Assembly: GCA_963780755.1 (NCBI GenBank)
Contig: CAWACX010000001.1
Span: 467,514-531,513, forward strand
DNA length: 64,000 nt
Direction of reading: 5' to 3'
Source of the DNA: an uncultured Acidobacteriota bacterium
GTDB taxonomy: Bacteria; Actinomycetota; Acidimicrobiia; Spongiisociales; ZC4RG35
Shown here piece after piece: positions 54,838 through 64,000 of this stretch (positions are counted from its first letter, which is position 1; every line of letters begins with the position of its first letter). Made by a program: the position numbers and the translations under genes. A model generated the notes under the pieces. It made no database searches. It was not told the origin of the DNA and saw only the letters and a program-made list of their open reading frames with translations.

Positions 54838-55698
54838 GTGACCCAGGATCACACCACCGAAGCCCCGGTCTGTTACCGCCACCCGGACCGTCACACCCTG
54901 CTCCGGTGCAGCCGGTGCGGGCGGCCGATCTGCTCTAACTGCTCGATCGACGCCGCGGTCGGCCAGCGTTGCCCGGATTGCCTGCGCAGCGAAGGCGGGC
55001 AGCCCGTGGAGCGGTTGACTCCGACCCCGGCAGGAGTCCGACCGGCGATGGGGAATCGGGTGGGAGCCCGGTCCGGAGCGCCGGCAACGATGGTCATCAT
55101 CGCCCTCTCCATCTTCTTCTACTTGGTGACCAACTTCGGGCGTTTCGGCGACGACGTGTTCTTCGCCATGGCCCAGGCCAACGAGCTGGTGCAAGCGGGA
55201 GAGTGGTACCGGATCTTCACCGCCGCGTTGCTCCACGGCTCACTCACCCACATCCTGTTCAACATGTGGGCGCTCTGGGTGATCGGCCCCCAGGTGGAGC
55301 GGGGAGTAGGGACTTTGCCCTTCATCAGCCTCTACCTGGCAGCTGCGGGGGTAGGGGGCGCGGCCGCCTTCTACTTCGGAGGCCCCCGCGATGTCGCGGT
55401 GGGAGCATCGGGTGCCATCTTCGGGTTGTTCGGTGTCTGGCTCAGTTGGGCGCTGCACCGAAGGAAGACGGCCTACGGACGGGCGATGCTCAACCAGCTC
55501 GGGTTTCTGCTCCTGATCAACGCCGTGATCCCGTTTCTCCTCCCCGGCATCTCCTGGCAGGCCCACCTCGGCGGGCTGCTCGCAGGCTTCCTCATCGCCG
55601 AAGCCTGGGCCCTGATCCAGGGGCCAAGGGCTGCCGTGCTGCGCGCGACGGTGGGCTTCGCGGTGGCCGCCCTGGCCGCGGTGGCGGTATCGATCTGA
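54838..55698 (+). CDS. Rhomboid-family intramembrane serine protease with an N-terminal zinc ribbon
   Basis: The zinc ribbon is CYRHPDRHTLLRCSRCGRPICSNCS...CPDC. Further matches are WYRIFTAALLHGSLTHILFNM, the catalytic GASGAIFGL and HLGGLLAGF. Confidence 0.85.
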   Translation: MTQDHTTEAPVCYRHPDRHTLLRCSRCGRPICSNCSIDAAVGQRCPDCLRSEGGQPVERLTPTPAGVRPAMGNRVGARSGAPATMVIIALSIFFYLVTNFGRFGDDVFFAMAQANELVQAGEWYRIFTAALLHGSLTHILFNMWALWVIGPQVERGVGTLPFISLYLAAAGVGGAAAFYFGGPRDVAVGASGAIFGLFGVWLSWALHRRKTAYGRAMLNQLGFLLLINAVIPFLLPGISWQAHLGGLLAGFLIAEAWALIQGPRAAVLRATVGFAVAALAAVAVSI

Positions 55699-55709
55699 GC
55701 TAAGGTGAA

Positions 55710-58700
55710 ATGACAGCCGTGTCATTCGCCCACCTTCACGTCCACACCGAATATTCGATGCTCGACGGCGCGGCCCGAATCGGGGACGTGGTCGGAGCGG
55801 CGGCAGCCGATGGCCAGCCCGCCATCGCAATCACCGATCACGGCGTCCTCTACGGCGTGGTCGACTTCGTCAAGGCGGCGAGGGAGGTCGGGATCAAGCC
55901 GATCATCGGGATCGAGGCCTACATCACCGACGGCTCCCGGTTCGACCGGCCCCTCGGTGGCGCCAACAAGCGCTATCACATGAACCTGTTGGCGGAGAGC
56001 GAGGTCGGGTATCGCAATCTCCTCCAGCTCTCCTCCAAGGCCTACCTCGAGGGCTACTACTACAAGCCGAGGATGGATTTCGAGCTCCTCGCCCAGCACT
56101 CGGAGGGATTGATCGCTACCTCGGGTTGCCTCGGGGGGTTGGTGCCGCAGCTACTGGCTCCGGACTCGATGAGCGAGGAAGGCAACAAGGGGCAGGTTCG
56201 TGACTTCGAAGCGGCGACGGCGGCGGCCACCCGGTTCCAGGACATCTTCGGAAAAGACGGGTTCTTCATCGAGGTCCAGGACCACGGGCTCCCGGCCCAG
56301 AAGGCGATCATGCCCGACCTGTTGGAGATCTCCCGCCAGATCGGTGCGCCGTTGCTCGCCACCAACGACGCCCACTACACACATCGCTCCGAGCACGACG
56401 CTCACGACGTCCTGCTCTGCATCCAGACCGGGTCGTTGCGCAGCGATACGGCCCGGCTCCGATTCGAGGGCAACGACCATTACCTGAAGACCGCCGCCGA
56501 GATGCGCTCCCTGTTCCCTGCGGACGACTTCCCCGGGGCCTGCGACAACACACTTCTCATTGCGGAGCGGGCCAACGTCGACTTCGAATTCGGCAAGATC
56601 CTGCTCCCGCAGTTCCCGGTGCCATCCGGGGAGACCGAGGTCACGTATCTGCGGAAGCTGGTCGATCAGGGGGCCCGGGAGCGATACGGGCCGAGCCCCG
56701 GGCCCGAGGTCTGGGAGCGGGTCGAGCACGAGTTGAAGATCATCGAAGAGATGGGGTTCCCCGCCTACTTCCTCATCGTCTGGGACCTGATCCGTTATGC
56801 CCGGGAGAGCCGGATCCGGGTCGGCCCGGGCCGCGGGTCGGCGGCGGGATCAATCGTGTCCTATTGCCTGCGGATCACCGATCTCGACCCTTTGGAGTAC
56901 GGGTTGATCTTCGAGCGCTTCCTCAATCCGGGTCGGAAGGAGATGCCCGACATCGACATGGACTTCGACGAGAGGTATCGCTCCGATGTCATTCGGTACG
57001 CCGCCCAGAAATATGGCGCCGATCGGGTGGCCCAGATCGTGACCTTCTCCACGATCAAGGGCAAGCAGGCGGTGAGAGATGCGGCCCGGGTCCTCGGTCA
57101 CCCGTACGGGGTTGGGGACCGGATCGCCAAGGCCATGCCGCCAGCCATCCTGGGGCGTGAGGCCACCCTGGAACAGGTGTTGATCGCCCCGCCGGCCCGA
57201 CGCCGACTCGACGATCAAGGACTGGTACGCCAACGCACAGGGATTGCGCGAGCTCTACGACGCCGATCCCGCGGTGCGGGAGACGGTCGACGCCGCTCGG
57301 GGAGTCGAAGGGCTGCGACGCCAGGACTCGATCCACGCGGCAGCAGTCGTGATCGGCCCCCAGCCCCTGATCGAGATCGTCCCCATCCAGCAGAAGGGCG
57401 AAGGCGCCGAGGTCGTCACCCAGTACGAGATGCATGGCGTCCAGGAGCTGGGCCTGCTCAAGATGGACTTCCTCGGGCTGCGCAACCTCTCCATCATCGA
57501 GCGCTGTCTCGAGCTGGCCGAGGAGACCACCGGCACCCGGGTCGACATCGACGACATCCCGCTCGATGACGAGAAGACATTCGAGCTCCTCCAGTCGGGG
57601 AACACCATCGGCGTGTTCCAGCTGGAGGGGAACGCGATGCGCTCGCTGATCCGGTCGCTGCGCCCGGACTCCTTCAACGACGTGATCGCTCTCGTTGCCC
57701 TCTATCGGCCGGGCCCGATGGGGGCCAACATGCACAACCTCTACGCCGATCGCAAGAACGGCCGGGCCCCGATCGAGGAGCTGCACCCGGCCCTCACCGA
57801 CAAGCTCGCCGACACCTACCAGATCATGGTGTACCAGGAGCAGGTGATGACCGTCGCTCAGGAGATGGCCGGCTACTCGATGGTCGATGCCGACAACCTG
57901 CGGCGGGCGATGGGCAAGAAGATCAAGTCGGTGATGGTCGCCGAGGAGGAGAAGTTCGTCCACGGCTGCGTGAGCCAGGGTCACCCAGAGCAAGTGGGGC
58001 GCGACATCTTCCGCCTGATCGAGCACTTCGCCGGCTATGGCTTCAATAAATCGCACTCGAGCGCATACGGCCTGGTCGCCTATCAGACCGCTTATCTCAA
58101 GGCGCACCACCCCGCGGAGTATTTGGCTGCCCTGCTGACCGCGACCAAGAAGGACAAAGACCGGACCGCGATCTATCTCAACGAGTGCCGCCAGATGGGG
58201 ATCAAAGTGCTGGTCCCCGATGTCAACGAGTCCGACACCGACTTCACCGTGCGCGAAGGCGGGATCCGGTTCGGGCTCTCCGCAGTGCGGAACGTCGGTG
58301 ACGGAGTCGTGGAGAAGATCGTCGCCGCCAGGACCGATCAGCCGTACGAGTCGTTTCAGGACTTCGTGGACCGGGTCGACCCCTCGGCGTTGAACAAGAG
58401 AACGGTCGAGTCCTTGATCAAGGCGGGCGCCTTCGACGCCACCGGGGACACCAGGCGTGGCCTGATGATGGTTTACGAGCAGATCCTCGACGCCACGATG
58501 GAACGGCGGCGCAACGAGGAGATGGGGCAGTACAGCCTGTTCGCCGGGGATGTAGAGGCCGTCGTGGAGACCAGGATCGAGATCCCGACCCTCGCGTGGT
58601 CGCAGAAGGTCCGGCTGGCGTTCGAGAAGGAGATGCTCGGCCTCTACGTCTCCGATCACCCCCTCCTCTCCATCGGGCCTTCGCTCGCCGCTGCCACCGC

Positions 58701-59217
58701 CAACACGATCCGCGATCTGGAGGACCTCGCCGACCGCGCCTCGGTCAGTGTGGGAGGGCTGGTTGCTTCCATCACCCGTCGCTGGACCCGGAAGGGCGAG
58801 CCGATGATCTTCTTCCAGCTCGAGGACGTCGAAGGCTCTGTTGAAGTGATGGCGTTCCCGAGGACGGTGCACGACTTCGGCCCGGCCATCGTCGAAGACG
58901 CCGTCGTGGTGGTGACCGGCAACCTCGACAACCGCGGGGACGAGGTAAAGGTCATTGCCCGGGAGATCAAGGAGCTCGAAGTGAGGGACGACTCCTCGGT
59001 GCGGCTCCAGGTGGCGGCGTCCCGGCTCTCGCCGGAGATCGTGAACCGCTTGAAGGGGATCCTCGCCAATCACCCTGGGTCGGCCAGCGTGTTCCTGCAC
59101 ATGGTCGGTGACAATGGGACCAAGGTTCTAAAGCTGGCCGACAGCCATCGTGTCGAGCCGAGGTCTGCCCTGTTCGCCGAGTTGAAGGAGCTGCTCGGTC
59201 AGAAGGTGGTCATCTGA
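55710..59217 (+). pseudogene. dnaE: DNA polymerase III alpha subunit DnaE1, split into two frames near 57187-57201
   Basis: The PHP domain (HLHVHTEYSMLDG) and the palm region run in the 55710 frame up to ...LEQVLIAPP. The remainder (DADSTIKDWYANAQGLRELYDADP...HAAAVVIG...LLKMDFLGLRNL...) lies in the 57244 frame. The combined length is about 1168 aa, which is typical. The span is 3n+1. Confidence 0.9.
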
Positions 59218-60030
59218 TCAGCTGCGTCGGCTGATCTGCTTCTCGGCCATCTTGGCCATGGCCCCCGCCCTGCCGTGGCGGCGTCCCAGTGCGTAGGCGC
59301 TCGCCGCGAACGTCGCCCCGGCGGTCCCCATCGCGCCCAGTGCGATCGCCCTCTTTGTCTTTCGAGCAAAGATGACGATCGGCCATCCCCGCTCGTGGGC
59401 GACACGGTCCAGCTCCGAATCGGGGTTGACGGCTACCGGGTGCCCGACCATCTCCATCATCGGAAGGTCGGAGACCGAGTCCGAGTACGCGTAACTGCGG
59501 TCGAGGTCATAACCCCGGTCGGCTGTGAGCTTGTCGATCGCCTCTGCCTTGCCCTTGCCGTAGACGAACGGCCCATCGAGTTCCCCGGTGTAATGCCCGG
59601 CGACGACCCGTCCCCTGGTGGCGATGGCGCCGGTCATCCCCAGAGTGCGTGCGAACGGCTCCACGATCTCGTAGGGGGAGGCAGAGACGATCCAGGTGTC
59701 ACGCCCTGCCTCATGGTGCATCTCAATGAGCCGCCGGGCTTCGGGCCGCACCCGTGACACCAGCTTCGGCATCACAGCGGTCCCCACCCCTTCCATGGCG
59801 CGCACCGAGGCACCCTCGCTGCGACTGAGGAAGTCGCCCTTGATCTCCTCCGAGTTGTCACCTTTGTCCCCGAGAATCTTGAAGCTGATGGCGGCGATCA
59901 CCCAGCGGCGCACGTCCTCATTGGAAGCCAGACCCTGCCTCCAGGCTTCGATGCCAAAGGGAAAAGCGGAAGCGCCGGAGATCAGAGTTCGGTCCAGGTC
60001 GAAGAATGCGGCACTGTTTGCCATGCCCAC
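59218..60030 (-). CDS. HAD-IB family hydrolase (SerB-like phosphatase) with a hydrophobic/basic C-terminal tail
   Basis: Motif I is AFFDLDRTL, followed by WIVSASPYE and a distal YSDSVSDLPMM segment. The stop codon abuts the dnaE stop with convergent orientation and zero spacer. Confidence 0.8.
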   Translation of the reverse strand: MGMANSAAFFDLDRTLISGASAFPFGIEAWRQGLASNEDVRRWVIAAISFKILGDKGDNSEEIKGDFLSRSEGASVRAMEGVGTAVMPKLVSRVRPEARRLIEMHHEAGRDTWIVSASPYEIVEPFARTLGMTGAIATRGRVVAGHYTGELDGPFVYGKGKAEAIDKLTADRGYDLDRSYAYSDSVSDLPMMEMVGHPVAVNPDSELDRVAHERGWPIVIFARKTKRAIALGAMGTAGATFAASAYALGRRHGRAGAMAKMAEKQISRRS

Positions 60031-60036
60031 AGGCTA

Positions 60037-61077
60037 TTACGCGTCGGGGATTCCGATAGAGGCCCACGGGATGTCAGACGCCCGGTCGAGGATGCCGGCG
60101 AGACCATCGAGATCGGTGGGCGTCGTCGCCGACCAGGGGATGGTGGCAACGCGGGCGCCGTACCGGGCGGTGAACTCGTCCCGGGTGTCGCCCTGACGGA
60201 CGGTCTCCGCCCTCCACCTCGACATGTTGGCCGCCAGGGCCGGCGAAGTCCCCGACGGCACCCGGGCCCGGGCCCAGGCCTCGGGAAGGATCCGGTTGAA
60301 GACCACGGCGGCGGGCTCGGACGCGATGGCGGGTAGTTCCCGGTAGAAGCGGATCGCCTCTCGCACCGGCGCCGGGTCGGCGGTGGTGATCACGATGATC
60401 GACGATGAGCGGAGCACCCTCTCGATCTCCCGGCCCCGGCGCGCCACGCCGTCGTAGGTGGTGCGGAGGTCGAGGAGGAACTCGGCCACCCGCTCCAACA
60501 GGTCGGAGCCCAGTATCGAGTCGGCCATCCGGAGGACGGGCCGCGCCGCCGCGTTGAACAGCACCCGGCGTCCCGGGAGCGGGCCTCCGGTGATCCAGCG
60601 CAGCAGCCGGCCCCCCACCAGGTCGGCCATCTGCGCCGGCGAGGTGAAGAAGTCGATTCCTCCCCCGGAGGGGGGAGTGTCCACCACGACCAGGTCCCAG
60701 GCGCTGGCCTGGACGAAGGTCACCGCCTGGTCGGCCGCGGCGTAGGACTGGGAGGCGGGAAAGTGCTCCGAGGCAGCCTTGAAGAACTCGTTGTCGGCGA
60801 GACGGCTGGCTACGAGGGGGTCGGCATGGCGCATGGCAACCGCTCGCCACGAGGCGGAGGCGTCCAACATCGCGGCCCAGAGATTTGGCTCGTCGTGATG
60901 GGGTTGCGGCTCGTTTCCTAGATCGGTCACGCCCAATGCGGTCGCCAGTCGTCGCGCCGGGTCGACCGTCACCACCAACGTCCTCAGCCCGGAGCGGGCG
61001 GCGCGGATCGCCAGCGCTGCGGCGACAGTCGTCTTGCCGACTCCGCCGGCCCCGGTCACCAGGAGGGTCGCAGTCAT
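60037..61077 (-). CDS. ArsA/Get3-related P-loop ATPase, second of a tandem pair
   Basis: The ATG at 61077 overlaps the upstream stop as ATGA. The product reads MTATLLVTGAGGVGKTTVAAALA...TVDPARRL...VVVDTPPSGG. The longer track ORF extending to 61326 is off-frame-like. Confidence 0.8.
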   Translation of the reverse strand: MTATLLVTGAGGVGKTTVAAALAIRAARSGLRTLVVTVDPARRLATALGVTDLGNEPQPHHDEPNLWAAMLDASASWRAVAMRHADPLVASRLADNEFFKAASEHFPASQSYAAADQAVTFVQASAWDLVVVDTPPSGGGIDFFTSPAQMADLVGGRLLRWITGGPLPGRRVLFNAAARPVLRMADSILGSDLLERVAEFLLDLRTTYDGVARRGREIERVLRSSSIIVITTADPAPVREAIRFYRELPAIASEPAAVVFNRILPEAWARARVPSGTSPALAANMSRWRAETVRQGDTRDEFTARYGARVATIPWSATTPTDLDGLAGILDRASDIPWASIGIPDA

Positions 61078-61919
61078 GTCACGGCCTCGAACTCGTCGCA
61101 CATCCGGGCCGCCACCTCGCCCGGCGTGAACACGCCGAACAGATAGGGGAGGACGTGGTCTGGCGGAAGCCGTTGCAGCCATTCCTGTTGCTCCGACCAA
61201 AGAGAGCGGTGGAGAAGGGCGGCCTCTCCAACCGGGCCCCGCGGCGTCGCCGGGTCGCCCAGCTCGTCGAGCACCCGGTTGACGACGAGCGTGCGCGACG
61301 ACACCACCTTCTCCACGTCGAGCCACTGCATGGTCTCTTCGGTCTCGGTCGTCGGCAGCTCTTCGGGAAGGGACACCAATACCAACTCCGAGGTAGCGGG
61401 ATCGGCGAGCATGTCCCGCATCATGTCCGCCTGGGCACGGACCCGGCCCCCCGGCACCAGTTCAGCGATGGTCACCGGTGCCCTGAGGAAGGAGCCGATC
61501 TGCCCGGTGGGTGGGGCATCGGCGATCACGATGTCCCAGCGGTCTTCCTTGACCTCCCATACCGCCTTGCCGATTGTGATGATCTCCCTGATCCCCGGTG
61601 CCGTGGTGGCGAGGGCATCGAATGCTCGGGCCACCGGGCCGAAGCGGGCCATCCCCGGGATGTTGAGCTGGAGCGACAGGTATTCGAGCAAGGCGTCGGC
61701 CCGAACCATTCGCATCGCGTGAAGGCCCGGCCTCACCTCACGGGGTTGGAATTCGAGCGGGCCGGTGCCGAAGTGGGTGGCCAGTCCGTCGGGCGACCCC
61801 ATCTCCATGGCGAGCACCCGCTGTCCCCGCCTCTGGGCGAGGAGAGCCAGCCCGGCTGCGATCGCCGACTTGCCCACCCCGCCTTTCCCCGAGACGATGA
61901 GCAGGCGCTTGTCGAGCAC
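61074..61919 (-). CDS. ArsA/Get3-related P-loop ATPase, first of a tandem pair
   Basis: The GTG at 61919 gives VLDKRLLIVSGKGGVGKSAIAAGLA, and a later segment reads IVIADAPPTGQ. The pair organisation resembles mycobacterial Rv3679/Rv3680. Confidence 0.8.
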   Translation of the reverse strand: MLDKRLLIVSGKGGVGKSAIAAGLALLAQRRGQRVLAMEMGSPDGLATHFGTGPLEFQPREVRPGLHAMRMVRADALLEYLSLQLNIPGMARFGPVARAFDALATTAPGIREIITIGKAVWEVKEDRWDIVIADAPPTGQIGSFLRAPVTIAELVPGGRVRAQADMMRDMLADPATSELVLVSLPEELPTTETEETMQWLDVEKVVSSRTLVVNRVLDELGDPATPRGPVGEAALLHRSLWSEQQEWLQRLPPDHVLPYLFGVFTPGEVAARMCDEFEAVT

Positions 61920-62131
61920 TACTCGCCGAGCGGGATGCGAAGGACGAGGTGCTCGTCCTCGACGCTCCACAGGGCATTGCCAATCAAGGCGTAATCGGTG
62001 TAGTCGTTCTCGGCTTGTTCGATGAAGAGGCGTCGCTCTTCACCGGCGACCGGGGGGAGTGGTCGATCCTTCACCGCAGCCGCTCGCTCCCGGAAGCGCT
62101 GCACCATGGCGTCGACGTCGAATTTGGCCAT
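61919..62131 (-). CDS. Small hypothetical protein (70 aa) preceding the ATPase pair
   Basis: MAKFDVDAMVQRFRERAAAVKDRPLPPVAGEERRLFIEQAENDYTDYALIGNALWSVEDEHLVLRIPLGE. GC3 is good. The start lies 9 nt after the upstream gene, and the stop overlaps the next start by 1 nt. Confidence 0.55.
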   Translation of the reverse strand: MAKFDVDAMVQRFRERAAAVKDRPLPPVAGEERRLFIEQAENDYTDYALIGNALWSVEDEHLVLRIPLGE

Positions 62132-62140
62132 GAAGCAACG

Positions 62141-63754
62141 CTAACGCGTGGCCCTTCGCAGCTCCGCCTTGCGCTCTCCCTCCAGCCGCTCCAGCTCGAT
62201 GTCGCTGTAGTCCACGAAGGACATGGCGTCGGCGATCAGGCGGTGGCCGGCCACGTCACGAATCGCCTCATGCATCTGCTGGGCCACGGTGCGATATGCG
62301 GGATGCCCGGCGACCTGGCTCCGGAGCTCGATGAGATGAAACGCCTGGCGTGGGTTCATCTCCATCACGAATCGCACGTTGAACGCGAAGGGGACGACGT
62401 ACTGAGCCACGTCCGCGCCGAGATCGGCCCGGACCCTCTCATAGAGCTCGCCGGCCTCCTCCATCACCGAGGCCCATTCCCGCTCCATGCCGTGCTCCTG
62501 CACCTCGTGCGGCAGGTCGTAGCCGAGATGAGTCGAGAACCGTTGCCACTCGAGCGTCATGAGACGGTGGCGTTGCAGGTCGCGAAATGCTCCGATGTCG
62601 CATGTGACGTCGAATCGATAGGTGGTGCGCTCCATGGCCCGGCCCGGCTTGTGCCGTCGGTTGGCCCGGTCACCGACCATCGCCCCGATCAATTCGACGC
62701 GCTCCCCAGGGGTCATGGCTCGAACCCGCTCCAGCAGAGCGGCGTCGGGCAGCTCGGAGACCGCGTACAGGGCGGCCGCGGCGACTTTGGTCTCCGCCTC
62801 CGGGTCCCAGTCGGTGAGGGTCACGCTCGGGCCGGAGTCGGTGGCGGGACCGAGATTCGATGCTCGATCTTCGAGGTCGGCCCGCACGTCTGACAGGTAG
62901 CGCGACCACCGGGAACCACGGTCCTCGAGGTCGACCCGGGTCAAGAAGGACGGGATCACCTGACGGAGCTCGTTCAGCATCATCGCCCCGTAGTCGCGGA
63001 CTTCGGCCACCGGGCTGGCCTGCATCCTGACCAGAGACATCTCGTACGCCTGGCCGGTGCCGTAGATGCCGACATTGGAGAGGGTCGACACCGGGAGCAG
63101 CCCGCGAACCGTGTCACAGGCCTTGGCCCGGATCGTGGCGTTCCAAACCATCTTCGAATCGTCTTCTCCACGGGGATGGCGCTCCTCGTAGACGCCGATC
63201 ATGTAGGCCACCATCCGGGCGTAAACGTCGAACGCCCTGTCCATGAGAGCCACATAGGACGTGGCATGCGACGAGCCCGCGATCTCGTCGGGAACGAGGT
63301 ATCGGTAGCGGTCGCCGAGGGGGGCGTCGTAGCGGATGTAGCGCGTCGACTGTTCGAGATAGGCGGCAAGGCGGCCCCACTCCAACGCCTTGGTCAGGAG
63401 GTTCGAGGCCTGCTCGCATGCGAGGTGGGCCCCCCCGAGCTGGGCGACCGAGTCGTCGCCGTAGTCGAAGAAGATCCGCTGATAGAGGTCCTGGGCGTGA
63501 GCAGCTGTCCCCATCGGATCGGCCTCGAGGGCCGTTCCCACCGCCTCCATCCCTAGGTCGGAGTCGGTTACGAACTCGTCGAGAAAGAGGCGGCGCAATG
63601 ACTTGGACGACCGCGAATAGCGAGCGAACAACGCCCCTTTGACCACTTCGGGAAGGTTGATCAGGGCAAAGACCGGTCGGTCGGTGTTCGTGAAGAACCT
63701 CGCCAGCACCGCCTGCTCCTCAGGGGTGAAGGTCTCCTGGTGATAGGCGGGCAC
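62141..63754 (-). CDS. Large ThyX/Thy1-like protein (apparent tandem pseudo-dimer), function uncertain
   Basis: 537 aa. The N-terminal half has ALFARYSRSSKSL and LEQSTRYIRY (an S-x-RY-like element). The C-terminal half has FRDLQRHRLMT (an RHR element). These are fragments of the ThyX signature RHR-x7-S-x-RY, spread over two halves. Confidence 0.6.
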   Translation of the reverse strand: MPAYHQETFTPEEQAVLARFFTNTDRPVFALINLPEVVKGALFARYSRSSKSLRRLFLDEFVTDSDLGMEAVGTALEADPMGTAAHAQDLYQRIFFDYGDDSVAQLGGAHLACEQASNLLTKALEWGRLAAYLEQSTRYIRYDAPLGDRYRYLVPDEIAGSSHATSYVALMDRAFDVYARMVAYMIGVYEERHPRGEDDSKMVWNATIRAKACDTVRGLLPVSTLSNVGIYGTGQAYEMSLVRMQASPVAEVRDYGAMMLNELRQVIPSFLTRVDLEDRGSRWSRYLSDVRADLEDRASNLGPATDSGPSVTLTDWDPEAETKVAAAALYAVSELPDAALLERVRAMTPGERVELIGAMVGDRANRRHKPGRAMERTTYRFDVTCDIGAFRDLQRHRLMTLEWQRFSTHLGYDLPHEVQEHGMEREWASVMEEAGELYERVRADLGADVAQYVVPFAFNVRFVMEMNPRQAFHLIELRSQVAGHPAYRTVAQQMHEAIRDVAGHRLIADAMSFVDYSDIELERLEGERKAELRRATR

Positions 63755-63809
63755 GGGTCGGCGATTGTATGCCGGCTTTCTCGGAGCCCCGGTTTATCGT
63801 GATCGGTGA

Positions 63810-64000
63810 ATGGCGTTGTTGTTCATCCGCCTCGGAACCCTCTTCCTGACCGCCCTGGCCATCGGGATCGCCATGGTCCCGATCCTGGTGCTCATCGACC
63901 TGCTCGACGGGGGAACCGGGTGGGGCTTGTGCCCGGCGGGGATCGAGGCCTGCGCCAATCCGTACACCACGGCGGCCGAGTTCGCGGTGATCCTCACCCT
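63810..64000 (+). CDS. Membrane protein, 5' part only; runs off the right edge of the window
   Basis: Not in the ORF track because it has no stop codon. My translation from the ATG at 63810 is MALLFIRLGTLFLTALAIGIAMVPILVLIDLLDGGTGWGLCPAGIEACANPYTTAAEFAVILT. GC3 is high and the N-terminus looks like a TM segment. Confidence 0.45.
   Translation, partial: MALLFIRLGTLFLTALAIGIAMVPILVLIDLLDGGTGWGLCPAGIEACANPYTTAAEFAVILT

Noticed and set aside
59210-59225. Convergent gene ends without any spacer or terminator: the dnaE and HAD stops abut at 59217/59218, and divIVA and ileS overlap by 8 nt at 49801-49808.
   Set aside because: This is a real sequence feature but is common in compact high-GC genomes. 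No specific structure is visible beyond the TGATCA palindrome formed by the two stop codons, so it is not reported as a finding.
1-64000. Search for tRNA, rRNA, CRISPR repeats, IS or transposase ends, integrases, toxin-antitoxin pairs and known defence-system genes.
   Set aside because: I recognised none. The intergenic regions are short, there are no repeated spacer-repeat units, no T-loop (GGTTCGAATCC-like) sequences outside coding regions, and no transposase or integrase motifs. By-eye scanning of 64 kb could still miss short or diverged elements.

Overview
High-GC window with strong GC3 bias, from an Actinomycetota-type chromosome. The lineage call rests on SepF, DivIVA/Wag31, DUF3040, a TCGAAC-N4-GTTCGA LexA box, and many ATGA/GTGA-coupled genes. 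The content is almost entirely core housekeeping. From left to right: (1) a complete System I cytochrome c maturation operon, ccmABCDEF; (2) a DEDD-exonuclease/GIY-YIG gene behind a perfect SOS box; (3) a SpoU methyltransferase, a nitroreductase and an OpuC/Yeh-type osmoprotectant ABC transporter; (4) a coupled block with a metallophosphoesterase, an SRPBCC protein, a Get3/ArsA-HSP20 ATPase and DUF1232; (5) ltaE and the fabD-fabH-fabG-acpP-fabF cluster; (6) a small islet of unknown membrane proteins; (7) dinB, DUF3040 and a MerR-family gene; (8) MoxR-DUF58-transglutaminase; (9) a full dcw cluster, mraZ-rsmH-ftsL-ftsI-murE-mraY-murD-ftsW-murG-murC-murB-ftsQ-ftsZ-pgeF-yggS-sepF-yggT-divIVA; (10) ileS, dksA-like-lspA-rluD, a rhomboid and dnaE; (11) an operon of a ThyX-like pseudo-dimer, a small protein, two ArsA-like ATPases and a HAD hydrolase. 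I found no rRNA, tRNA, CRISPR array, IS element or recognisable defence system. The most striking sequence-level observation is at least 14 reading-frame breaks in otherwise well-conserved, mostly essential genes. Each behaves like one extra nucleotide, and seven of them fall within about 3.5 kb of ftsW-murG-murB. I interpret these as assembly or consensus errors rather than biology, but this needs checking against reads. Other leads: an SOS-box promoter, a phased GTGG MraZ operator array, absence of murF from the dcw cluster, three Get3/ArsA-family ATPases in two uncharacterised operons, and a long hairpin that sequesters the SD and start codon of a small Cys-rich ORF. All family assignments come from motifs I recognised by eye; no database search was run.
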